Virus record (IMG/VR): IMGVR_UViG_3300023443_000116 | Location: 1 to 50,895 of that record | Origin: a virus | Taxonomy: Duplodnaviria; Caudoviricetes | Strand: one strand, 5' to 3' | DNA: 50,895 nt | Shown: piece after piece, positions 43,271 to 50,895 of the stretch | How the letters are laid out: the number at the start of each line of letters is the position of its first letter | Position numbering within the stretch: position 1 is the first letter of the stretch | Translations under genes and position numbers: made by a program | The notes under the pieces: model-generated | The model's input: the letters and a program-made list of their open reading frames with translations, nothing else | What the model was told of the DNA's origin: nothing | The model's database searches: none

Positions 43271-43290
43271 GTGTTTTCTCCTAAGTTAAG

Positions 43291-43743
43291 TTATTTTTTA
43301 CCGATCTGTATCCCACTTGGAGGTACATATCGTCTGTCATCAGGACGCTCTTCGTGATGTCCAGTCTTCATTTCGTTTTGAAGAGCCTGGATTCCTTCAG
43401 ATTTTAGTTCCTGAATCGCTTCGTGTCTTTCCGTTACTATTTCCATTAAATATCCTTTTGTTCCGGGGCCTTCTCTCGTCATCCCCATATTGGCTCCCAA
43501 ACGGGAACCCTGAATCTTTCTGGTGGTTTCTTCTTCGCTGTCCACAACGAATTCATAACCTAACCTTTGGAGTTGAGCTATTCTGTCAGGTTTGTCCTTG
43601 ACAAATCTTCTGACATAACCGGGCCGTTGTCTGGCCTGTAACCTGATATTAAGACCGCTGATGTCAGTTTTTCTAAGCTCTTCCTTGTGTTGTTCCTTGG
43701 TTTTCCTTTTTGTGATGATTTTTTTTGTTTCCTTCGGTTTCAT
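43291..43743 (-). CDS. Conserved head-module protein
   Basis: PGYV.R.V.D...RI......GYEFV...YLM.I. Confidence 0.8.
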   Translation of the reverse strand: MKPKETKKIITKRKTKEQHKEELRKTDISGLNIRLQARQRPGYVRRFVKDKPDRIAQLQRLGYEFVVDSEEETTRKIQGSRLGANMGMTREGPGTKGYLMEIVTERHEAIQELKSEGIQALQNEMKTGHHEERPDDRRYVPPSGIQIGKK

Positions 43744-44534
43744 AATGCGTCCTCCATGTCATAAGACCTTTTATAGTCATCCATTGCTAGTTGCTTGTCA
43801 GCGTCAAACCCTTCCGTTCCGGTTTTGCCTGACTTTCCTTTATAGGCGCTGGATTTAGCCATTTTCGTTCCGTAACTTTCCATTGCTTTTTTGAATTCTG
43901 GTTCCATAGTTGCTTTCTTCGGGGCTAGTCGTTGCCCCTCTCCTTCTACAGCAGCAGGCTTTTCTCTTGCCTTGTTGCCAAAGTGTTCGGGATAAATCTT
44001 TGTCATTTCTTCATGCACCATATCGTAAACTGTTTCTATCGGTAATCCTGGGGTTTTTTGAATGATAAGTTTGGCTTCAAAAGCCGCAGACTGCATGACA
44101 TCCTGTCTCTTGTATTCAGGATGCTTCCCCAACCAAGTATTCAAATAGGCGAAATCAGCCGGAGATGTATACGGATCGGGTTCTTCTGCCTGTTTTTCGT
44201 AACCATCAATAGCAGTTTCCAATTTAGCTTCGTCACCTTCGGCAAGAGCCTCTTTAGCTGTTGCCTTAAACTCTTTAAGAGCTTCTGTCTTGGCGCGTTC
44301 ATCTCTGGTTTTATCTTGGGCCTTCATTCTTTCCAGAACGCCACTCAAGGCCTCGAATTGCTCATCCTGTTTTTTAATCTTGTCTGCTTGGATGCGTTCA
44401 GTCTTTGATCTTGATTCCCAAGTATCGGCATCTACCCAGTTTGTTTTATCACCTTTAAATTCACCCTCAGGAACCCAACCATGTTCTCTGGCAGTAACTT
44501 CAGTTTCAGTCTCCGTGTAAGTTTCTTCGTCCAT
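43740..44534 (-). CDS. Scaffolding protein
   Basis: A...GW.P..EF.G....WVDA; acidic coiled coil; position. Confidence 0.8.
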   Translation of the reverse strand: MDEETYTETETEVTAREHGWVPEGEFKGDKTNWVDADTWESRSKTERIQADKIKKQDEQFEALSGVLERMKAQDKTRDERAKTEALKEFKATAKEALAEGDEAKLETAIDGYEKQAEEPDPYTSPADFAYLNTWLGKHPEYKRQDVMQSAAFEAKLIIQKTPGLPIETVYDMVHEEMTKIYPEHFGNKAREKPAAVEGEGQRLAPKKATMEPEFKKAMESYGTKMAKSSAYKGKSGKTGTEGFDADKQLAMDDYKRSYDMEDAL

Positions 44535-44854
44535 TAGTCGCTCCTTTTAATAACTGCAATAACGTCCTCATCAGTGCAGATTTTGTGGTTCTTTTGTTCC
44601 GTGTCTACTATAATCCCGCAGTAGCGGGCGGTAATAACATAATCCCCAGGTTCAGGCATTGGCGCTCCCTTGTTGTATTCAAGAAAGGCTTCCGAACCCA
44701 TTGCAATAATCTTGGCTTTAGTTGAGGCAATATCCTTTTGATCTTTCACCTTTTCTGGGATAATTATCCCTCCTGGTGTCTTTTCTTCGGTTTGCTCCAT
44801 TGCAATCAGCAAATGTGGGCCGATTGGTATAATATCCTTATGATTCAAGTCCAT
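44534..44854 (-). CDS. groES: GroES-like co-chaperonin
   Basis: P.G..LLI...EEKTPGGIIIP...IIAMG...GD.V...RY.G...DVIAVI. Confidence 0.9.
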   Translation of the reverse strand: MDLNHKDIIPIGPHLLIAMEQTEEKTPGGIIIPEKVKDQKDIASTKAKIIAMGSEAFLEYNKGAPMPEPGDYVITARYCGIIVDTEQKNHKICTDEDVIAVIKRSD

Positions 44855-45095
44855 CTCTTTTTGCTTCCTTTACTACTTCTTCCATGCTTTCAATGACATC
44901 TTTGGCGTCCATTGCCCCCACTATATCTTCAATGGCTGCTAAATATTGTTTGTCTGATTTTTTTAAGCCAAGATTCCTATAGGCTTGGTATCTAATTGAT
45001 CGCGCCTTCTCCAGCAGGGACGTTCTGAAGTCCTGCGTCATTGGCAGGTCCAGCCACTCCCGGTGTTCCTCCAGCCACTCCTTTGGTTCTAACAT
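44838..45095 (-). CDS. Small conserved protein following the portal
   Basis: EW...P.TQ.F...L motif. Confidence 0.7.
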   Translation of the reverse strand: MLEPKEWLEEHREWLDLPMTQDFRTSLLEKARSIRYQAYRNLGLKKSDKQYLAAIEDIVGAMDAKDVIESMEEVVKEAKRDGLES

Positions 45096-48036
45096 CTAGC
45101 ACTCCTAGAAAGTTCATGAGCAGCAAGAAGGTCGCTTGCAAACTCCTTGTTGAGGCTCCAGCCTCGGCAGCAGCATTTAATTTGGCTGTCGCATCGGCGA
45201 CCATCTGAATGACCCTGGCCTTTATTTCCATTGTATTTGCGTCTGCCCTTTGCCTGTCGTTTTCCAGACGGGCAATCATTTCCAGAACTTCCGGGTCTGG
45301 TTGAGGCGTAATAATAAGTTCTTCAGGATTCTCTACCCCGATAGCTTCAAAGAATCTCTTGGTGACTTCCTGACCATTTACAAAAGGATTCCCCAACTGA
45401 GACATTAAAATCTCTGCTCTCTTCTGTTTGACAGCATTTGACACCATGTTCGGGTCTGAAACCGGGACCACTGCTATATCATCTCCATAATCAGAACGTG
45501 CTATGGCTTGTGGATTATCAAGAATATCAAAGTATTCCTGATCTGTCAGGAATTTCTGGTTCAACTTATAAAGCAACATCCCCTCTTTCTTCAAAGAACG
45601 GTGTATCCTTTTGTAGATTGCTGTAAAAACCATCTCGCCCTGTTCTATCAGAGCTAAAGTCGTAGTAGGCTGTTGGGCTTGAGGTAATTTTCCCGTAGTA
45701 ACATCCTGAACGCTGGAAATATCTTTAGCAGCGTCTATAAGCAATCCCAGCAACGAAAACAGTACACCGGAAGGGTCGCGTACAGGTAAAGGAAGGATGT
45801 TGTCCCTGAGGCTCCCTACACCCACATCAACGGTTTTAAATTCTCCTATCTTGAAAGCAGTTTCGCCCTTTTTCATGCGGATACCGCGTCCAATAAACCC
45901 CCCGCCTCTATTTGCTAATGTCCCGGCATCAATTAACTGGTTTACCAGAGTATTAACGGATTCATTGATGGGCAACATTAACTGTCCAAAACCCATTCCA
46001 TAAAATCCGCCCTCAGGATCAGGAAGCAGTATATACTTGATATAATATTTAATCGGAACAATCTTGCGGATACGTCTATTGTTTTCATCGCCAGCGAACA
46101 GCATTGTCGTAGAATCAAAGTTGGGGGCAATTCTAACAAGTTCCTGGGATTCTATATGAACGGTTACAATATAAGGCTCGGGGTAACCATCTCCATCCAT
46201 ATCAATTCTTGTGTGCTGTTCGATAAACTCTTCTAGTTCTTCTTCTTCGTCCTTCAACTTTAAATCTACATCCAGCCACAAACCGGATAGTTTTCTTTCC
46301 TCTATCTGATAATGATAAAGATTGAAACATTCGGTGATTCTTGGAGCAACATCAAGAGTTTTAACTTCTCGATTAACAATAACCTGATCGGGCCATAGTA
46401 CCTTGGTTTTGTTTCTGCCCAATTCAGGATCAAAAAATACTTTTCTGAACATACATCCCAAGATAGGAGTAGCATGGAGTATCGTATCTGTCCCGTCCTC
46501 CCATTCTTCCATTTCCTCAAGAAACTGGTAACTCATGTGGTCTGCTATCCTGCTTGCCCGGTCTCTCTTGGCACCAGGAGGAACCTGCCAGACTATCTGA
46601 CCGTTTAAACCTGCTACTATCTGCCCCTGTGCATCAACTTGAGGAATCCCGTCATCAGAGCCTATAACCTTGCCTTTCATTACCTGACGGTTGTTTACAA
46701 TCGCAGGATAGGCTCTGGCAGCAAATTGTATCGCAGCTACCGTGATTAGGGGGTATTTAACGTTACTGTTACCACACCATAAAGCCTTGCCGTTTCTCCT
46801 GACATAAAGCGTGTGATATGGGTTCGTTTCTACACAAGCAACTTCATCATCATATAATATTTTTCTGCGAGAAAGTTTAGAAACCTGAATCCTGTTTTTT
46901 GTACAGATATTAACATTATATCCTTCAAGATGACCCGTTATCTGCCTTCCGTTGATTACCCCTCCGAGTCTTCCCTCCCGCACTGAAAGGCTACCTCGTA
47001 AACCTATTTTTTGACAAATTTCTTGGACATCACCAGCCAAACCTTTTGAAGTTGTGAAGTATGATATTAAATCGGGCTTAACGCCACGCTTGGTTCTGCA
47101 TCCATCACCCAAAATTAAAGTATCCAAAAGGTCACTGAGAAGAGATGTGTTTAAGGACAGGGCGTGTTTGGGTATTCTTTTCTGATTACAAACACCCAGA
47201 TTTCTAAGTTCTTTTTTTAGCATTTCGGGTATTGTCTTTGCGTGGACAATAATGCTCTCGTCGTATTCTTTATATGAAAAGCCACACGCTTCGATGTCTT
47301 GCTTTAATTTCTCATAATTCTCAGGATTCGCTGATTTACTTTGTGCAATAGAAAAACTGCCTTTGCTCAATCCGTAATCTTTAAAGTCGCCGCCAACTGT
47401 AGTATAAGTGTTTCTTGGGTAAAGCGCAGACCCCTCAGAGACAAACCATCCTAAAAATCTCATGTATGCTTTAACAGGAATACCATAAATCTTTCTAGAC
47501 GACTTACCAGACCAGCCAGACGTTAAGGGGATGTACAGGCTATCAAGTCTTCGTTCCAAAAACTCACCGGCTTCAATAAATTTTTGCTTTCCAGATTTGG
47601 TTTCCACTAACATTTTATGATTTGGAGTAACTATTAAATCAATACTTTTGCCGGAAAAATGAACTGCTTCGCCAGCCACATATCTATAGGTTTCAGAAAC
47701 CGGGCAATACTTGGCTGCGCCATCTTCATCTCGACTAAGAACTCTTTCCCCTACCATTACTTCCGCAACAGGTTTCCAACCCTCCTCAGTCAGAACATCT
47801 GTATCAAGCGAATAACAAGCGTTTTTCCATGGCGTTGATTTAGATTCAGCAACCTGTTTTGCCAAATCCATTGCCTCTTCGGACTTTTTCATCCATTCTT
47901 CGTTGGAACTTTCGTCGATTCTGAACTCTTCCAGCACTTTAGTCGAAATCAGCTTTAAATCGTCATCAGGAAGGAGTTGGGCTATATTTGCCTGTCCTAT
48001 TACTGTTTCCAGATCAATTACTTCTTGAAGCGCCAT
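44992..48036 (-). CDS. Portal protein precursor with intein (664 aa after splicing)
   Basis: PW.NA|SNVKYPL...AAIQFAARAYP; NQLIDAGTLAN..GGF; A.YKRIHRSL..E. Confidence 0.93.
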   Translation of the reverse strand: MALQEVIDLETVIGQANIAQLLPDDDLKLISTKVLEEFRIDESSNEEWMKKSEEAMDLAKQVAESKSTPWKNACYSLDTDVLTEEGWKPVAEVMVGERVLSRDEDGAAKYCPVSETYRYVAGEAVHFSGKSIDLIVTPNHKMLVETKSGKQKFIEAGEFLERRLDSLYIPLTSGWSGKSSRKIYGIPVKAYMRFLGWFVSEGSALYPRNTYTTVGGDFKDYGLSKGSFSIAQSKSANPENYEKLKQDIEACGFSYKEYDESIIVHAKTIPEMLKKELRNLGVCNQKRIPKHALSLNTSLLSDLLDTLILGDGCRTKRGVKPDLISYFTTSKGLAGDVQEICQKIGLRGSLSVREGRLGGVINGRQITGHLEGYNVNICTKNRIQVSKLSRRKILYDDEVACVETNPYHTLYVRRNGKALWCGNSNVKYPLITVAAIQFAARAYPAIVNNRQVMKGKVIGSDDGIPQVDAQGQIVAGLNGQIVWQVPPGAKRDRASRIADHMSYQFLEEMEEWEDGTDTILHATPILGCMFRKVFFDPELGRNKTKVLWPDQVIVNREVKTLDVAPRITECFNLYHYQIEERKLSGLWLDVDLKLKDEEEELEEFIEQHTRIDMDGDGYPEPYIVTVHIESQELVRIAPNFDSTTMLFAGDENNRRIRKIVPIKYYIKYILLPDPEGGFYGMGFGQLMLPINESVNTLVNQLIDAGTLANRGGGFIGRGIRMKKGETAFKIGEFKTVDVGVGSLRDNILPLPVRDPSGVLFSLLGLLIDAAKDISSVQDVTTGKLPQAQQPTTTLALIEQGEMVFTAIYKRIHRSLKKEGMLLYKLNQKFLTDQEYFDILDNPQAIARSDYGDDIAVVPVSDPNMVSNAVKQKRAEILMSQLGNPFVNGQEVTKRFFEAIGVENPEELIITPQPDPEVLEMIARLENDRQRADANTMEIKARVIQMVADATAKLNAAAEAGASTRSLQATFLLLMNFLGVLDVRTKGVAGGTPGVAGPANDAGLQNVPAGEGAIN
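46768..47817 (-). mobile_element. Intein with LAGLIDADG homing endonuclease (350 aa)
   Basis: N-terminal CYSLDT.VLT..GWK; block B VTPNHKM; FLGWFVSEG and LILGDG; C-terminal HTLYVRRNGK..WCGN followed by Ser. Confidence 0.95.
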
Positions 48037-48037
48037 A

Positions 48038-49492
48038 TTAATATCCTGTTACCGGTGAAGCGCCTGAAACTTCCTCAAAATGTTCATCTTCGTCCTCCAT
48101 TAAAGCTCTGCTCACAGGATGAGCAAAGGTCAGTGCAAGAGAATCAGAAAAGTCAGGCGATCTTTCACCGCGTTTTCTCATATCCTCTTTGGAATCGAGG
48201 ACAAATCTCATTTTAGTGTCGAAAGAGTATTCAACCACAGTCAAATCCCTTACCAATTCGTCATTATCTGGAATATCAGCATATTTCAGCCATTCCTTCA
48301 TGTCTTCCCAGCAATCACCCCTCATATTGCGATGCAAATCAGGATAACGTGACTTATGAGAACCATTCACCCCGATAATCTTCTCCCGATGGTTGGTATG
48401 GCACAAATAATCGGTAACTCCAGCCCCAATGCCTACATCATCGACAAAAACACAGTCAGGATCATATTTATTAATGAATTGATTGGCTCTCATGCCAACT
48501 TGTTGGGTGTCAAGCCCTTGATGTTCTTCCTGTAACAGGAGTTTAGACCCTTGTCTTAGCGTAAATACCGTTTTATCCTGTCCAAAACGGGCAACATCAA
48601 TTCCTATTACAATAACTTCCCATTTGTAGGCATCTTCGGGTAGACTTCTGTTTTTGGCTTCATCTGCCATTTCTTTGGTGATAAACTGCCGTGTTCCGTG
48701 TTTCGGGAATTCTCCCAAACATCTGACACGATAAAAGTCGGAATCTTCGCCGTACATCTCCCGCCAGTCTGCAAGGAGTTTTTTGTCTACCCTTTTTACG
48801 TTTTCACAGTTTACCGTATGCTGAAGCCAGAATTTCGATTTCTTGTCGTTGGTAAAACACTCATTGAATTCCCCGAGATTTCGGGTCGGGTTACCAAACG
48901 CCATAAGAACCCCACCACCATCAGTCAGTGCCCCTTCGGCTGTTTCCCATATCACTTGGTGAATACCAGAAGCTTCATCAAATACGTAAAGCACTGTTTT
49001 ATCATGTGCGCCCGCCATAGCTTCAGGGTTATTCTCATTCCACGGGATAGCTGTAGCATACCAATCCTCCGGGGATTCCAATGATTTAAGCTGGGTAGCA
49101 GTCCATTCAAACTGGTTACGCACTTGTGGGATAGACCTCCTGTGCCATTTGGCGATTTCTCTCCATAACTTGGTTTTCAGTTGCGAATCTGTGTTCGCAG
49201 TAGCAATTACCTGAATATCAGGGCGCGTTACCAAGAAAAATATAATAATCCAGCACATCATTGCTGTCTTACCGGCTCCATGACCAGACTTGGCGCATAT
49301 TCTTATCGCCCCGCCTTCTCCCAACTGTTTCTCTAATTCTTCTCCCAATTGGATAAGAATTTCCCTCTGCCATTCTTCGGGGCCTTCTTCGTCAGCCAAT
49401 TCCCCTTCGCCCCAACCCCAGACATAGATCACAAATCCATAGGGATCATGGAACAGTTCTAGAAAGTCATCAGCTATCTGACTCATATTCAA
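48038..49492 (-). CDS. terL: Terminase large subunit
   Basis: Walker A SGHGAGKT; Walker B YVFDEAS; GNPTR; IGIDVARFG.D; SPD..D.LALTFA. Confidence 0.97.
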   Translation of the reverse strand: MNMSQIADDFLELFHDPYGFVIYVWGWGEGELADEEGPEEWQREILIQLGEELEKQLGEGGAIRICAKSGHGAGKTAMMCWIIIFFLVTRPDIQVIATANTDSQLKTKLWREIAKWHRRSIPQVRNQFEWTATQLKSLESPEDWYATAIPWNENNPEAMAGAHDKTVLYVFDEASGIHQVIWETAEGALTDGGGVLMAFGNPTRNLGEFNECFTNDKKSKFWLQHTVNCENVKRVDKKLLADWREMYGEDSDFYRVRCLGEFPKHGTRQFITKEMADEAKNRSLPEDAYKWEVIVIGIDVARFGQDKTVFTLRQGSKLLLQEEHQGLDTQQVGMRANQFINKYDPDCVFVDDVGIGAGVTDYLCHTNHREKIIGVNGSHKSRYPDLHRNMRGDCWEDMKEWLKYADIPDNDELVRDLTVVEYSFDTKMRFVLDSKEDMRKRGERSPDFSDSLALTFAHPVSRALMEDEDEHFEEVSGASPVTGY

Positions 49493-49964
49493 TAATCCTT
49501 CCTTCCTCGATAATCCTTGCTTCCTTTAATCTCTGCCGCCCCTCGGTCATATACTCTCGCATTGACTTACCAACCTCAACAACATGTTTGACTTCTCTGT
49601 CCCTAAATTTCGCGTCCAGGTGACCACGGCGGGTTTTTATAATATCGGACTTGATCTTCAAGGCATTAACGTTCTTATCCTTATTGTGGAAAGCAACTTC
49701 AGCCTGATCATAAACATCATCCCATTTGGCATCCCACACGGCTGCTTTGGCTCTTTCAGCCGCAAACCACATTTCCTTGAATTCAGAACTGCCCCAGACA
49801 TTCCGATAAAAAGTTGAAAAGTCTGGGCCTCCGCGCTTGGATAATATAGTTTTTATAGATTTGTCGGAATTTATGTATTCGGAACAGATTTCCGGCAGAA
49901 TTACCTCAAAGTCATATTGGGGACCGCGAAGTTGATAATTTTCATTTACAGGAGTATTGCTCAT
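49470..49964 (-). CDS. terS: Terminase small subunit
   Basis: IC.......SI..I......P...TFY HTH; LK...D..K pattern; upstream of terL. Confidence 0.75.
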   Translation of the reverse strand: MSNTPVNENYQLRGPQYDFEVILPEICSEYINSDKSIKTILSKRGGPDFSTFYRNVWGSSEFKEMWFAAERAKAAVWDAKWDDVYDQAEVAFHNKDKNVNALKIKSDIIKTRRGHLDAKFRDREVKHVVEVGKSMREYMTEGRQRLKEARIIEEGRIIEYESDS

Positions 49965-50275
49965 GTGAAAACTCCGTAAATAGAACCGTCAAAGAAAGAT
50001 TCGCTGTCAGAAGTGGGGGTTCCATTTACTTCTACATCTTTTGTCCATTTGCCAACAGGATTGTTGTAAATAGTTCCATAAATCTGAGGAGTTAGTCTGA
50101 TATTAACAAAGTCTTCATGCCATGGAATGTTCTTACTACAGTCCAGACACCCAGTATTGATCTGGGCAAACATGATAATGCCTTCAATGATGTTTCTTTC
50201 GGGTTCACCTACATGTGGGTAAGTATGTTCTATATCCATAATAATTCCTTTTAAGTAGGGGCCTCCGATATCCAT
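49961..50275 (-). CDS. Hypothetical protein (start may be the second Met, MDIEHT)
   Basis: ORF with CxxC; AAAGGA RBS before the internal Met. Confidence 0.6.
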   Translation of the reverse strand: MDIGGPYLKGIIMDIEHTYPHVGEPERNIIEGIIMFAQINTGCLDCSKNIPWHEDFVNIRLTPQIYGTIYNNPVGKWTKDVEVNGTPTSDSESFFDGSIYGVFT

Positions 50276-50307
50276 GCTTGTTTAAAGTCTTCTTCTGTTG
50301 CTCTCAT

Positions 50308-50458
50308 GGCCGAAGGCCCCGTCAGAGAGAGGTGGGCGGGGACGGTTTCCCTGACCGCTTCACAACCACATCGAGTTTCCAAGAGCGGTGACCTCCACGG
50401 CTTAACCCCCACCATAATAAGGAGGTGCGGTCAAGGAGGGGACCATATAAACCGCACC
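50308..50458 (-). ncRNA. Candidate structured RNA in the late leader, with anti-SD loop
   Basis: GGTGCGGT/ACCGCACC hairpin carrying CCCTCCTT; GGTGGG/CCCACC enclosing ACCGCT/AGCGGT. Confidence 0.45.
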
Positions 50459-50485
50459 ATAATTTCTACTGTGTATCTGCGCCAA

Positions 50486-50611
50486 TCATCTTTTTTTCTT
50501 TCTTCTTTTCTTCCGTAGTTCATTGGCCAATCTAGCCTTCTGTACTTTAGTCAATGGAGACCCTTTTGAAAACAAAAATCTTTGCTGCCTCTTTGTGACT
50601 TTTTTAGGCAT
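50486..50611 (-). CDS. Basic 41-aa protein (MPKKVTKRQQRFLF...KKRRKKKR)
   Basis: Read manually; overlaps the upstream mini-ORF. Confidence 0.65.
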   Translation of the reverse strand: MPKKVTKRQQRFLFSKGSPLTKVQKARLANELRKKRRKKKR

Positions 50612-50645
50612 TGGTCTTTCTGGAACTGCCCTTCTTTAAAGGCAT
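50604..50645 (-). pseudogene. 13-aa mini-ORF MPLKKGSSRKTNA (likely truncated gene start)
   Basis: TAATG-coupled; resembles the MPLKKG.S..T start of common small basic phage proteins. Confidence 0.5.
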
Positions 50646-50740
50646 TATCTTCTCGGTTTTCTCTTAATCTTTCTGATCCGACCCTTGCGGCCAATTTTAA
50701 TCTTTCTCTTCTTGCGTTCTTTAACTGTATGTCTGGGCAT
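50645..50740 (-). CDS. Protamine-like 31-aa protein MPRHTVKERKKRKIKIGRKGRIRKIKRKPRR
   Basis: AAGGAG RBS; TAATG coupling at both ends; 18 of 31 residues are K/R. Confidence 0.75.
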   Translation of the reverse strand: MPRHTVKERKKRKIKIGRKGRIRKIKRKPRR

Positions 50741-50751
50741 TATATTCTCCT

Positions 50752-50895
50752 TCTGCGGCGGCTGGCCCCCGTAACTCCCAGCACTCTTCTCGTACCACCA
50801 TTAGGCGGCACCCCAAAGGTCAAGGGCGAACTAAACAATCCGCGATCCGTTAAATTCACCGCAGCTCTCGGAGTTGCATTGCGTCTCCTGAGTCT
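50752..50895. repeat. Terminal direct repeat, copy 2
   Basis: Identical to 1-144. Confidence 0.97.

Noticed and set aside
50420-50458. HDV-like ribozyme (AUGGUCCC and a CUCC loop on the minus strand)
   Set aside because: There is no P3 stem, no GG after P1 and no downstream P2 partner
1-50895. Stop-codon reassignment, DGR, tRNA genes, integrase
   Set aside because: Conserved genes are intact under the standard code and end in TAA, TAG or TGA; no reverse transcriptase, cloverleaf or recombinase motif was seen

Overview
The window is a complete, circularly assembled tailed-phage genome of about 50,751 bp. Bases 1-144 are repeated exactly at 50752-50895. The gene content is podovirus-like (P22-type tail). 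The minus strand carries TerS/TerL, an intein-containing portal, GroES, scaffold, capsid, many fibre and decoration genes, tail hub, DNA-ejection proteins and lysis genes. A minus-strand replication arm holds a Cro-like HTH, DnaB, a DUF1376 initiator, RuvC and a DUF6456-like activator. A plus-strand early/recombination arm holds ERF, a Ref-like nuclease and DUF1367. The host is probably an alphaproteobacterium (inference from DnaB style and GcrA-like and DUF6456-like genes). No integrase, CI repressor, DNA polymerase, tRNA or CRISPR array was seen. The best candidates for new biology lie in an accessory island inside the lysis region. One is a Cys/Pro-tailed 63-aa peptide coupled to a membrane-bound permuted-papain peptidase. 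The other is a 98-aa protein followed directly by a ~126-nt structured RNA. Also notable are a fibre gene split by a 110-nt hairpin-bounded insert, homing endonucleases that carry a replacement 5' end for the gene they invade, anti-Shine-Dalgarno-loop hairpins, and a chain of very basic micro-ORFs upstream of terminase. All family assignments come from motif recognition by eye; no database search was run.
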